Source: Ostreococcus lucimarinus (taxonomy: Eukaryota). Taken from it: a stretch of DNA of 64,000 nucleotides. Location: assembly GCA_000092065.1 (NCBI GenBank), contig CP000586.1; one strand, given 5' to 3'. Below are positions 10,435-19,368 of the stretch, in pieces. A program made the position numbers and the translations under genes. How positions within the stretch are numbered: position 1 is the first letter of the stretch; each line of letters begins with the position of its first letter. Below the pieces are notes generated by a model that had not been told where the DNA came from, searched no databases, and was given only the letters and a program-made list of their open reading frames with translations.

Positions 10435-11514
10435 CTAAGGAGCTAACGAGCGTACGCATCCGAGCGCCCGCTCGTCTCGCATCCAGAAAGATTCCCCTAA
10501 AAGTGCACCGTTCGCGGCGTAAATATGAGGACATCCCTCTGTTGCGGCCGAATCGAAACGTACGGCGCGTACGACGCCGCGCGCGACGTCGGACGGATCG
10601 CGCATCAGACGCAAAGCCTTCGCGCCGAGGCGATAAAACGCCTGAAGCGCCGTCGGCCAGTCTCTAATCAAGCGCGTGTCCACCAGACCTGGATCCACTA
10701 AAACGGCCGAGGCGCCACCATCGCCCGACTTCGTCCACTCACGATGCTTCGCCGCGGCGTACGCGCTAATCGCGACTTTGCTCCACATGTAGTCGATCGC
10801 CGGGTTGTAATATCGCCCACCCTCGCCGCCCGTTTTCACCCATCGTCGAAACGCGTCCACGCCCAGCAACCGAGCCGTCGCGCACTGATGCACGAAGGAT
10901 CCGACGAAAACCACCCGCATGCGCGCGCTGGTCTTTCCCGCGCGTCGTGCTTCGTCCACCAGTCTATCCGTCAACCGCACGACGTTTCGAAAATTCACCC
11001 GCGCCGTCGGACTCCCGTCGCCGCGAGACGCCGCGTTCCTATCCGTATTAAACACCGCCGCGCAGTGCACCACCGCGCGCACGTCCACGCCGCGCCGACG
11101 TATCTCACTCAACGACACCTTCATCACGTCTCGCTCGCTTCCCACGTCCAACGGCCCGACTAACTCGACCCTCGAATCCTTCGCCGCGCGTCGACACTCT
11201 CGCGCGAACGCGTTCGCCGCGTCCACCCCTCCCAACCTATACGGCACCACGATCGCGAACCCTTCCTTCGCCAGCGCGAGCGCGCTCGCGCGTCCGATCC
11301 CAGAGCTCCATCCCGTGACGAACACGCCGACGTCCAGCGTCCCGTCTTCTTCGTCTTCTTCGTCTTCGTCTTCGTCTTCGTCGCCTCGCGTCGTTCGCCT
11401 CGCGTCGACGCCGCGCGCGTCCTCGACCGCCCTCGCCACCGTCGCGCGCGCCATCACGCGCGCCAGCGCGAGCACCCAATCGAGCATCACGCACAGCACG
11501 TCCGGGCGCCACAT
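10435..11514 (-). CDS. Short-chain dehydrogenase/reductase (SDR family).
   Basis: Rossmann motif VFVTGWSSGIGRA (TGxxxGxG) and catalytic YAAAK (YxxxK). ORF 10435-12063 is trimmed to the ATG at 11514 because the upstream poly-Thr/Arg part overlaps the divergent TrpRS gene. The start could be 11487 or 11454. Confidence 0.65.
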   Translation of the reverse strand: MWRPDVLCVMLDWVLALARVMARATVARAVEDARGVDARRTTRGDEDEDEDEEDEEDGTLDVGVFVTGWSSGIGRASALALAKEGFAIVVPYRLGGVDAANAFARECRRAAKDSRVELVGPLDVGSERDVMKVSLSEIRRRGVDVRAVVHCAAVFNTDRNAASRGDGSPTARVNFRNVVRLTDRLVDEARRAGKTSARMRVVFVGSFVHQCATARLLGVDAFRRWVKTGGEGGRYYNPAIDYMWSKVAISAYAAAKHREWTKSGDGGASAVLVDPGLVDTRLIRDWPTALQAFYRLGAKALRLMRDPSDVARGVVRAVRFDSAATEGCPHIYAANGALLGESFWMRDERALGCVRSLAP

Positions 11515-11531
11515 CGCGCGCGGCGTCCACG

Positions 11532-11532
<1 letters not shown>

Positions 11533-11569
<37 letters not shown>

Positions 11570-11570
11570 T
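11533..11570. repeat. (GTC)n trinucleotide microsatellite (~12 units) in the divergent SDR/TrpRS intergenic/5' region.
   Basis: Direct reading: gccgtcgtcgtcgtcgtcgtcgtcgtcgtcgtcgtcgtct. Confidence 0.9.
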
Positions 11571-11710
11571 CGCGCGTCGTTCGCATCGTCCCGTCGTCGT
11601 CGCGCGCGCCCGCCGCGCGCGCGCACCGCACGCGCGCGTCCGCGCCGTCCGCGCGCGCGCGCTCGATCGCCTCGCGCGTCGCCCGCGTGAGCGCGAGCGT
11701 CGGCGACGAC

Positions 11711-13081
11711 ATGCCGCGGCGATTTGACGTCAGAGCGCGACGCCGCGCGACGACGACGACGCCGCGCGCGATGCTCGCCAGGCTCGCGCGAGGCGCGACG
11801 CGCGCGCGCGAGTGCGCGACTCGCGCGACTCGCGCGCGACGCGCCGTCGCGCACGCGCCCGGGAGCGCGACGCGCGCGCGACGCGTCGACGTCGCGGCGC
11901 CGCTGTCGCGACGGCGCTTCGCGGCGAGCGCGACGCGCGGCGCGCGATGCGGCGCGAGCGAGGGCGAAGAAACGGTCGCGAGCGACGCGGCGACGACGAC
12001 GGCGGCGAGCGGGGCGCCGAGCGCGGCGCGACGGAAGCGCGTGCTGAGCGGGGTGCAACCCACGGGGTCTATCCACCTGGGAAACTACTTTGGCGCGATT
12101 AAAAATTACGTCAAGTTGCAAGAGGATTACGACGCGTTCTACTGCGTGGTGGATTTACACGCGATAACCGCCGGAGGACACGATCCGACGGCGCTGGAGG
12201 CGTCGACGCGGACGAGCGCGGCGATTTATTTAGCGGCGGGGGTGTCGCCGGAGAAGGCGAACGTCTTCGTGCAGAGTCACGTGCCGGCGCACTCGGAGCT
12301 GTGTTGGCTGTTGAATTGCGCGGCGCCGATCGGGTGGTTGGAAAAGATGATACAGTTTAAGGAGAAGGCGCGCAAGGCTGGGGAGGAAGTGAGCGTGGGG
12401 TTGTTGGATTATCCCGTGCTCATGGCGGCGGATATTTTATTGTACAAGGCGGATTTGGTGCCCGTGGGCGAGGACCAGCGGCAGCACTTGGAGCTCACGC
12501 GCGATATCGCGGGGCGAGTGAACTCGTTGTACGGGGGGAAGAAGTGGAAGAAGCGCAAAGGTAAGGCGCCGAGTGGGCGCTCGCGAGGAGGGGACGTGCT
12601 GATGGTGCCGGAGGCGTTTACGCCCAAGGAGGGCGGACGCGTCATGTCGCTCACCGACGGAACGGCGAAGATGAGCAAATCTAACCCGGCGGAAGGGTCG
12701 AGGATCAACGTGTTAGACACTCCGGATGAGATCGCGAAGAAACTCAAGCGATGCAAGACGGATGCGTTCGAGGGTCTGGAGTTTGGGAACCCGGAACGCC
12801 CGGAGGCGAACAACCTGTTGACGATGTATCAGTTGTGCACCGGGCTGACGCAAGAGGAAGTGCTGGCTGAGTGCGGATCCATGCGATGGGGTGATTTCAA
12901 GCCGCACCTGACCGATGCCGTCATCGCTCACTTGTCCCCGATTCAAGGTCGCTACAAGGAAATCATGGACGAGCCGGGATACTTGGAGGACGTGTTGAAG
13001 CGCGGCGCCGAAAACGCCAACGAAGTCGCGAATTTGACGCTCAGAGACGTGCGCGACGCGATGGGCTTCGTGCAGTACTAA
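11711..13081 (+). CDS. Tryptophanyl-tRNA synthetase, bacterial/organellar type, with N-terminal Arg/Ala-rich transit-peptide-like extension.
   Basis: Class I aaRS motifs: GVQPTGSIHLGNYFGAIKNYV (HIGH-like) and KMSKS (in TAKMSKSNPAE). Length after targeting sequence ~340 aa, typical of TrpRS. Start chosen at ATG 11711 (MPRRFDV...), in frame with ORF 10919-13081, whose upstream part is antisense to the SDR gene. Confidence 0.8.
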   Translation: MPRRFDVRARRRATTTTPRAMLARLARGATRARECATRATRARRAVAHAPGSATRARRVDVAAPLSRRRFAASATRGARCGASEGEETVASDAATTTAASGAPSAARRKRVLSGVQPTGSIHLGNYFGAIKNYVKLQEDYDAFYCVVDLHAITAGGHDPTALEASTRTSAAIYLAAGVSPEKANVFVQSHVPAHSELCWLLNCAAPIGWLEKMIQFKEKARKAGEEVSVGLLDYPVLMAADILLYKADLVPVGEDQRQHLELTRDIAGRVNSLYGGKKWKKRKGKAPSGRSRGGDVLMVPEAFTPKEGGRVMSLTDGTAKMSKSNPAEGSRINVLDTPDEIAKKLKRCKTDAFEGLEFGNPERPEANNLLTMYQLCTGLTQEEVLAECGSMRWGDFKPHLTDAVIAHLSPIQGRYKEIMDEPGYLEDVLKRGAENANEVANLTLRDVRDAMGFVQY

Positions 13082-13120
13082 ACACTGGAATAAATTTAAA
13101 GTTTTCAATCAATCATTGCA

Positions 13121-14200
13121 TTAAAGTTCGTCCCTCGTTCCTCGTTCCTCTTCGTCGTCTTCCACGTCGCCGACCTCCGCCAGAATCTCGTCCAGGCTCG
13201 GAATCACGGTCGCGTTCGTCGCGTTCGTCGCGTTCGCGTCATCCACCACGGTCGCGTTCACCTCGATCTCGACCGTGGCGTTCCCCTCGTTCGTGGCGTT
13301 CGCCGTCGCGTTCGCGCCGCCGCCCAAACTCTTCGGTCCGTCCTTGAGGTTGAACAAGTCCAAAATGGAATCGTGCGCCCTGTTCAAGTTGGCCACCGCG
13401 CCGCCGGTTTCTGGCGCGTAAGAGTACAGGCCGTACACCAACGCTCCGCCGACGGTCAAACTCACGAAGCGCTGCGCCAAACCGATCTTTTTCGCCTCCG
13501 CGTCAAACGCCCACATCGGCGAAAAGATTTCGTTAATCGGCACCGTATCGTCCGTCAGATTCGGCATGATCCAAAAGTGTTCCCCGGTAAAGATCCACAC
13601 CACCACGAACACCACCAACCGCACGGTGAAAATCACCGCAAACGTCACCAAAATCGCCACGCACACGTACAGGATCAACTTTTTAAACCAAATCGGCGCC
13701 AGCGGAAACAAGCACATCGCCACCACCAACACCGCGAACAATCCGCTCAGCACCACGCTCTTCCAGCTCATCGGCATCTCGTACGTCCACGCGTAGAACG
13801 CATCCTCCACGAACGTCTGATCGCGCGTTCGCATCAGGTAATGCGGAAACTTGACCAGCTTCACCCGTCCGCTTCGCGCGTGTTTTATCTCTCGCTCGCA
13901 CCGCACGATGTATCCCCGTTGCAGCAGGCACGCCCCGCAGTGCTTTATCCGCATCGCGTTCACCTCGTCTCGCTTCGCCGCGTCCGCCTCCATCTCTCGC
14001 CGCTGCCTCTCGTCCACGGCGCAGTACTCATCGAGCACGTCGACGCGCTCGCGCAGGACGCGATAGAAATCTTTCCCTCGAAAGAAATCGAATCGATTGT
14101 CCCCGAGTCGCGCGCTCCGCGTCTCGGGACCGTCGCGCCCGCGCAGGACGTACGCGAGGTGGTCGATCTCCTGCGCCGCGCGCTCCTTGCGCGCGCTCAT
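13121..14200 (-). CDS. SEC62: Translocation protein Sec62.
   Basis: 359-aa ORF with two adjacent TM helices. Strong match by recall to human SEC62 around the TM pair: ...VWIFTGEHFWIMPNLTDD versus IWLITGGRHHFWFLPNLTAD. N-terminal DNRFDFFRGKDFYRVL matches the Sec62 motif. C-terminal acidic tail ends in DEL. Confidence 0.85.
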   Translation of the reverse strand: MSARKERAAQEIDHLAYVLRGRDGPETRSARLGDNRFDFFRGKDFYRVLRERVDVLDEYCAVDERQRREMEADAAKRDEVNAMRIKHCGACLLQRGYIVRCEREIKHARSGRVKLVKFPHYLMRTRDQTFVEDAFYAWTYEMPMSWKSVVLSGLFAVLVVAMCLFPLAPIWFKKLILYVCVAILVTFAVIFTVRLVVFVVVWIFTGEHFWIMPNLTDDTVPINEIFSPMWAFDAEAKKIGLAQRFVSLTVGGALVYGLYSYAPETGGAVANLNRAHDSILDLFNLKDGPKSLGGGANATANATNEGNATVEIEVNATVVDDANATNATNATVIPSLDEILAEVGDVEDDEEERGTRDEL

Positions 14201-14276
14201 GTCGGGGCGTCGCGAATTGGCGCGCGATCGCCGCCGGTCGCGTCACATCGCGACGCCATCGCGCGGCGCCGTCGCG

Positions 14277-15335
14277 ATGGCGTCCGTCGACGTCGTCGCG
14301 GACGCGCTCGAGCGGCTCGAGGACGCGGGCGTCGACGCCGCGCGCGGCGCGGACGCGCGCGCGCTCGCGGCGTGGGCGCGCGGGGAGGCGCGACGGGACG
14401 ACGGCGACGACGACGCGCGCGTCGCGCTCGCGCGGGCGTGCGCCGCGGCGATGCGGCGCGCGGGAGGCGCGACGGGCGACGCGGACGCGCTGGTAGACGG
14501 CGCGCGCGCGAGCGGGGACGACGCGGACGCGCGCGAGGCGTTCGTGGACGCGCTGCGGCGGTGCGCGACGACGCTGCAGGTGACGGCGCTGGAGACGGCG
14601 GCGCGCGCGGCGAGGGAAGGCGGTGAAAAGCGCGCGAGCGCGAGCGAACGCGCGAGGGAAGACGCGATGGACGCGGACGAGACGGGGGAGCGCGCGGTGC
14701 GAGCGATCGAGCGGTTGGCGAGCGGACTGGAGGACGCGGCGTCGAAGTCGACGACGGAGGTTTTGGACGCGGCGACGGCTCGAGCGACGGCGACGCTGCG
14801 CGAGTTGCCGGAAAATCACGCGCGTAAGGTGTTGGACGCGTCGAGTTGGACGAACGCGCAGCGGGAGTTGATCGAACGCGTGGAGAGGGCGTTGCATGAT
14901 GAGTACAAGGCGCGGAGGGAGATGGTGGCGAAACGCGCGCAAGTGACGACGACGTCGTTTTGTTATAGCGCGAGATTGAACGCGCTGAAGGACGTGCGCG
15001 AAGAGTTCGCGCGCAGAGTCGTCAGTGAGCTTCACGTCGCGCCGCAGGTGACGATGGACGACGTGTGCGACGCTCGGTACGCGGACTTAGCCGTGGCCGG
15101 GATCAAGGTGACGGCGGGGAGCGACGGCTTACAAAGCGCGGTGAAAAAGGTGCTCATGGGAAGCGTTCCCGATCGAGGTGGTCGCACCGACGGCAGCGAT
15201 CGCGCGGCGATGCCCGCTTTCGCGGCTCGAACCGACGCGCCGAGTGGTGGTCGAGGCGGCGGCGGGCGCGGTGGCGGCGGCGACAAGCCGAAACCGACTC
15301 CGAAACCAAAGAAAAAGGGCGCCGTGCGTTGGTGA
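14277..15335 (+). CDS. FAM98 family protein (DUF2465; tRNA-splicing ligase complex-associated) with C-terminal Gly/Arg-rich (RGG) tail.
   Basis: KVLMGSVPDRGGRTDG matches human FAM98A KVLMGRVPDRGGRPNE. N-terminal DVVADALERLEDAGVD resembles FAM98 ILESLEDLGY. C-terminal GGRGGGGRGGGG. ORF listed as 14097-15335, but the start is set to ATG 14277 by homology; the first ATG (14199-14201) overlaps the Sec62 start codon. Confidence 0.7.
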   Translation: MASVDVVADALERLEDAGVDAARGADARALAAWARGEARRDDGDDDARVALARACAAAMRRAGGATGDADALVDGARASGDDADAREAFVDALRRCATTLQVTALETAARAAREGGEKRASASERAREDAMDADETGERAVRAIERLASGLEDAASKSTTEVLDAATARATATLRELPENHARKVLDASSWTNAQRELIERVERALHDEYKARREMVAKRAQVTTTSFCYSARLNALKDVREEFARRVVSELHVAPQVTMDDVCDARYADLAVAGIKVTAGSDGLQSAVKKVLMGSVPDRGGRTDGSDRAAMPAFAARTDAPSGGRGGGGRGGGGDKPKPTPKPKKKGAVRW

Positions 15336-15460
15336 ATCCGCGCGCGCGCGCGTTCGTAGAAAGCAGCGATGCATCGTCATAGCCACCCATCGCGTGCTCC
15401 TCCTTAGTTTGTCGTATTTTGTGAAATCATTACAAAGCCTTCTACCGGTACACGCGTAGA

Positions 15461-16894
15461 TTACGCCTGGTTCTTCAGCGCCTCGCTCGTGGCTTCGAGC
15501 GCGTCGCCGATGCACAACAGATTCTTCGTCATCAGGCGGGTCACCGCGAGTTGTGCCACTTGCGGCGGCACCATCTCGACATTGATCAACGAAATGTTCG
15601 CGCCGCGCGTCGGCCATTCGAAAGGCACGTCCAAGACGGCGACGGCGCCGTTTGGCAGCGCCGCGCGCACCAATGACTCGCCGGAACTCCATCTGAGCGC
15701 CGTTCGCGCCGCCGCCGCCGCGAGGGCCTCGGCACGTTGCGCCGTGGCGGCGATGCGAAGGCGGATTTCCGCCAACGCGCGAGCGAGGACGGGCATGCCC
15801 GCCGACTCTTCGATGATGTCGAGGATGGGCGTGTCCGACGGTTCGAGCGTCGCCCCGGCGAGACGAGCGCTATCCTTCATCAAGTGCAGCGTGACCGTGT
15901 GCGTCGTCGAGCTCGGGCCACGCGGCTTGGCGCTTTCCATGGCGAACTCGGGCGTCGCGGGCAAGTGCGTGTGAATCTTGAGCACGAGGGCGTTTTCTTC
16001 GATGGCCATGATTTCCACCCCTTGTAAAGTGACTAGCAATTTCGTTTGCTCGAGCACCGCCTCTTGCGCTTCGGCGATTTGCGCCGACATTTCCGCTTCT
16101 CGCGCCGCAGCCTTGGAGATACCGATCAAGTACTTGGCCTGGGCGTTGATTTGATCAATCGCGCTCTCGTCCGGCGCCAACTCCGCCTTGAGTTCGCTCG
16201 CGCCGCTTTGATTCTCGCTCAACTTCACATTCACCTCGCGCAGTTCCGCATCGAGCGCTTCGAGCTCGCGCTGTAACTCCTCCTTGGACTTCGCCCGGTC
16301 CGCGGCGCTCACCGAGGCGTCTCCCGCCTGCGCTTCCCACGCCGCCGCCGCGGCTTCCGCCTCCAACTGCTCTAATTCTTCCACAACCTCCGTCAACGCC
16401 CTATGCTCGACGCGAAACGTCTCGTACTCGTCCCCGAGCGACGCAATCTCGCGTTCCATCTCCTCCGCCCGTCGTTCGTTCTCGTTCGTCAAATTCTTCA
16501 ACCGCTGTTGCAAAGCTTTGAACCCTTCGCTCTCCGTCGGCGTCTCCTTGGGCAACGGTCGCGATTCCAAAACCGCCTTCAAAAACGCCTGTTCCGTCGA
16601 CAACTCGATCGTCCCGAACTTCAACCGCTTAATGTGCGCCTTGATTCGCTCCAAATCCCCGTCCCCGTTCCCGAGCGCCTTCTCCCGCGCCTGCGACAAA
16701 ATCTTCGCGAACGAATCCTCCGTCTGATTCAACTCCTTGAGCGCCGCGCGAAATCCAACCCCGCTCGGCGCCTCCCGCAGCGTCTTCATCGCGTCCGACT
16801 TCGCGAACACCCCCGGCGAGTGCACGGATATGTCCTCGAACCGCAGCTGCAGCGGCGCGATCGTCGTCAGCGATTCCGACGCCGGTCGTTCCAT
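15461..16894 (-). CDS. Coiled-coil protein of unknown function. Central heptad-repeat region with globular N- and C-terminal domains; possibly kinetochore- or cytoskeleton-associated.
   Basis: Clean 477-aa ORF with non-low-complexity sequence, flanked by convergent and divergent neighbours. No family recognised from sequence alone. Confidence 0.4.
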   Translation of the reverse strand: MERPASESLTTIAPLQLRFEDISVHSPGVFAKSDAMKTLREAPSGVGFRAALKELNQTEDSFAKILSQAREKALGNGDGDLERIKAHIKRLKFGTIELSTEQAFLKAVLESRPLPKETPTESEGFKALQQRLKNLTNENERRAEEMEREIASLGDEYETFRVEHRALTEVVEELEQLEAEAAAAAWEAQAGDASVSAADRAKSKEELQRELEALDAELREVNVKLSENQSGASELKAELAPDESAIDQINAQAKYLIGISKAAAREAEMSAQIAEAQEAVLEQTKLLVTLQGVEIMAIEENALVLKIHTHLPATPEFAMESAKPRGPSSTTHTVTLHLMKDSARLAGATLEPSDTPILDIIEESAGMPVLARALAEIRLRIAATAQRAEALAAAAARTALRWSSGESLVRAALPNGAVAVLDVPFEWPTRGANISLINVEMVPPQVAQLAVTRLMTKNLLCIGDALEATSEALKNQA

Positions 16895-17105
16895 CGTCCC
16901 CGTCGTTTAAATCGAAATCGTTTCAACGCGTCGTCCCTCGCGCGCCGCCGCGCGTCCGTCGTCGTCCCGCGCGTCCGTCGTCGACGCTCGCGTCCGTCGA
17001 TCGTCCCGTCGCCGCGTCCCGGCGCGCGTCCCGGCGTCGCGGTGTGCGTCGCCGTCGTCGCGCGCCGTCGCCGTCGCCGTCGTCGTCGGGCTGTCGTCCC
17101 CCTCG

Positions 17106-17134
17106 TTTGAAAAAAAAATTTTTTTTTGAAAAAA
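17106..17134. promoter_or_regulatory. A9T9 palindromic homopolymer block (TTTGAAAAAAAAATTTTTTTTTGAAAAAA) in the divergent promoter region between the coiled-coil gene (start 16894, - strand) and the CFAP20-domain gene (start 17371, + strand).
   Basis: Direct reading. This is the only long A/T tract in a ~70% GC window, centred in a bidirectional intergenic region. Confidence 0.4.
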
Positions 17135-17370
17135 GGCGCGCGATCGCGCTTTGTGTGATGGCAAAATGATGTGTCCCAACACACTTGGAGAAATAGGTAC
17201 GGGAGGGTAAGCTCCAGATCTCCAATCTCCCCGAAACCGAAACGGTGGCGTTGTTACGGGTCGGTCGCGCGGTCAACGTCGCGTCGCGTCGACGCCGCGA
17301 CGCGGTCAACGCGCGCGGACGCGAGACGACGACGCGGACGCGCGCGGACGACGACGACGACGACGACGGG

Positions 17371-18744
17371 ATGACGGTGTTCGACGCGTTTCAAGGCGGC
17401 GCGCACGTCGAGCTGTTCGACGCGAAGACGCATCGCGCGCGACGCGGGCGCGCACGTCGCGACGGTTCGAGTCGCGTCGATGGATGCGACGACGACGACG
17501 ACGGTGACGGGACGCGACGCGCGTGGCGAGGCGGCGGCGGGCGAGCGTACGACGCGAGCGCGCGAGGGTACGTCGTGCGCGTGCGCGGAGGCGGAGCGGG
17601 CGCGCTCGCGTGCGGGGAGGACGGCGCGATGGGCGCGACGCAGCCCATCTTGGCGATGCAGCTGCGCGCGTCGGGGGGGGCGAACTTTTCGTTCGAGGTG
17701 CGCGTGCGCGACGCGGCGGACGCGCGACGCAGGTTGGTGTTTAGTTCGTCGTTTTCCGAGGTTCGGCCGACGCCGTTGCACTGTCAGGTGCCGTTGAGAG
17801 ATTTGCCGCGCGACGAGTGGGTGACTTTGCTCCTGCCGCTCGTCGAGCTCGTGCCGGTGTGTTTTTCGAGCGGGAGCGCGGGGTACAGGTCGATCGATGC
17901 CATCGTCATTCGCGGGGAGTGTTCGATTCGTAAGATATTCACCCTGCGAGGCGACACGCAGGCGCAGGCGTGGACGGAGTCGCGCGCGGGCGAGACGCCG
18001 CGGCAAGCCATCGTGATTCCGCGCGAGTGCGATTTCCCACCGGGCGTGCGCGCGGCGGCGCACACGGTGATCCCGAGTCAAGATCCGGCGCTTTACGACG
18101 CGCACGAAGAAGAGTGTCGCGTGCGCGAACGTAACCGCGAGGTTAGGATGCCGATCAAAGTCGCGTTCGGTCGTCGAGCGCCGACGTCTCAGCGAGAGCG
18201 TCTCCGAGAGCGCGCGGACGCCGCGCCGGCGCGCGCTTCGGACGACCACACCGACGTGCGATGGTCTGATCTCGACCAAATCATGTCGAACTTACGTGTT
18301 CGCGACGCAGGTGGCGCCGGAGTGCGGCATTCTCTCGCGTCTTCGTCGTCTTCGTCGTCGTACGCGAGCTCGCGTCGCACCGCGGACGAAGCCGCCGAAG
18401 AGCTCGACATGCGAAACGTCAACGTGTCGCTCGGAAACTTATCGATCCACGGCGGGCGCGAGCACCACAGATACGCCGACGTGGACGACGAAGACGTCGA
18501 CGAGGGCGACGAAGACGTCGACGAGGGCGACGAAGACGTCGACGAGGACGAAGACAATGATTACGAAGACAATGATTACGACGAAGACGATTACGAAGAC
18601 GACGACTACGAAGACGACGACTACGAAAACGACGCTTCGCGTCTCGAAGACGACGACGAAATTCTCAGCCCTTTCGACGGCGACGTCGATGACGACCACG
18701 ACGATCGCGCGTTCGACCTGGACGACTCCGACGTAGACGCGTAG
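17371..18744 (+). CDS. CFAP20 domain-containing protein (DUF667; cilia/flagella-associated, CFAP20DC-like) with insertions and a long acidic tandem-repeat C-terminal tail.
   Basis: FSFEVRVRDAADARRRLVFSSSFSEVRPTPLHCQVPLRDLPRDEWVTLLL aligns by recall to CFAP20 [50 protein letters not shown]. N-terminus MTVFDAFQGG resembles MFKNTFQSGF. Start set to ATG 17371, in frame with ORF 17245-18744. Confidence 0.7.
   Translation: MTVFDAFQGGAHVELFDAKTHRARRGRARRDGSSRVDGCDDDDDGDGTRRAWRGGGGRAYDASARGYVVRVRGGGAGALACGEDGAMGATQPILAMQLRASGGANFSFEVRVRDAADARRRLVFSSSFSEVRPTPLHCQVPLRDLPRDEWVTLLLPLVELVPVCFSSGSAGYRSIDAIVIRGECSIRKIFTLRGDTQAQAWTESRAGETPRQAIVIPRECDFPPGVRAAAHTVIPSQDPALYDAHEEECRVRERNREVRMPIKVAFGRRAPTSQRERLRERADAAPARASDDHTDVRWSDLDQIMSNLRVRDAGGAGVRHSLASSSSSSSYASSRRTADEAAEELDMRNVNVSLGNLSIHGGREHHRYADVDDEDVDEGDEDVDEGDEDVDEDEDNDYEDNDYDEDDYEDDDYEDDDYENDASRLEDDDEILSPFDGDVDDDHDDRAFDLDDSDVDA
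18487..18650 (+). repeat. Coding minisatellite: 21-bp unit gacgaagacgtcgacgagggc x3 followed by 15-bp units (gaagacaatgattac x2; gaagacgacgactac x2-3), encoding the DEDVDEG / YEDNDYDEDDYEDDDY acidic tail of the CFAP20-domain protein.
   Basis: Direct reading of tandem identical units at 18487-18549 and 18553-18640. Confidence 0.85.
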
Positions 18745-18814
18745 CGACGACGCGTAATCGCGCGCGACGCGCGTCGCTTTACGCGTTCGCGTTCGCGTCC
18801 GCGCGTCGACGCTT

Positions 18815-19333
18815 TTAATACCCCACCGTGACGCACGCCACGCAAATCAAAAAATCATCGTTCGCGTCCCCCTGCGCCGGAATCGAAATCCAACTCCTCG
18901 CGCGCAACCCACCGGTGTCTATCTGCACGTCCACCACCTCTCCGTACGGAAACACCTCGCGCACGCGTCCCGCGTCCACCTTCGCGTTCTCCGGCACGCC
19001 CAGCTGCACGTGGATCTTCATCTTCGCGTACCCCCCCGGCACCACCGCTCGCACCGACGGCACGCTGTTGAATTCGATGGCGTTCCGACACGCGCGCACG
19101 GCCGCCTTCGTCGCGTCCTGCCCGTGCTGATCCGCGCCGAAGCCGCACTCGGCGAAGAGCGCGCGCTCGAAACCGCGCGGCGCGAAGATTTTGGTGCCGT
19201 CCTCGAACGACTCGACGAGCCCGTCGTCGCGGCGCGTCGCGGCGAACGGTCGAGATCGCGGTCGAGGTCGCCGCGGCGCGTCGCGGGCGAACGCGCGCGC
19301 GACGCGCGTCGCGGCGCGCGTCGCGGCGCGCAT
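18815..19333 (-). CDS. Small conserved-looking protein (~170 aa) with Arg-rich organelle-targeting-like N-terminus; function unknown.
   Basis: The C-terminal 140 aa of ORF 18815-20167 is complex sequence (KIFAPRGFERALFAECGFGADQHG ... FLICVACVTVGY). The upstream 280 codons are Arg/Pro/Ser low-complexity and antisense to the DA1-like gene, so the start is trimmed to ATG 19333. Confidence 0.4.
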   Translation of the reverse strand: MRAATRAATRVARAFARDAPRRPRPRSRPFAATRRDDGLVESFEDGTKIFAPRGFERALFAECGFGADQHGQDATKAAVRACRNAIEFNSVPSVRAVVPGGYAKMKIHVQLGVPENAKVDAGRVREVFPYGEVVDVQIDTGGLRARSWISIPAQGDANDDFLICVACVTVGY

Positions 19334-19368
19334 GGATGTGACGCGACGTAACGGTTTCGGCGCCACTG

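Noticed and set aside
10919-11710. Upstream part of ORF 10919-13081, and ORFs 11237-12121 (-), 11724-12047 (+) and 11812-12102 (+).
   Set aside because: Arg/Ala-rich chance ORFs in the SDR/TrpRS divergent region and inside the TrpRS transit-peptide region. Only the frame carrying HIGH/KMSKS motifs is supported.
14028-15035. 335-aa minus-strand ORF and 13373-14626 + ORF.
   Set aside because: Antisense to, or alternate frames of, the Sec62 and FAM98 genes. Extreme Arg content.
17254-18279. 341-aa minus-strand ORF opposite the CFAP20-domain gene.
   Set aside because: Antisense chance ORF (Arg-rich) with no domain signal.
18487-18650. Tandem direct repeats with regular 15-21 bp period; considered as a possible CRISPR-like array.
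   Set aside because: Units are contiguous with no spacers, sit inside an ORF, encode acidic peptide repeats, and the context is eukaryotic. This is a coding minisatellite, not CRISPR.
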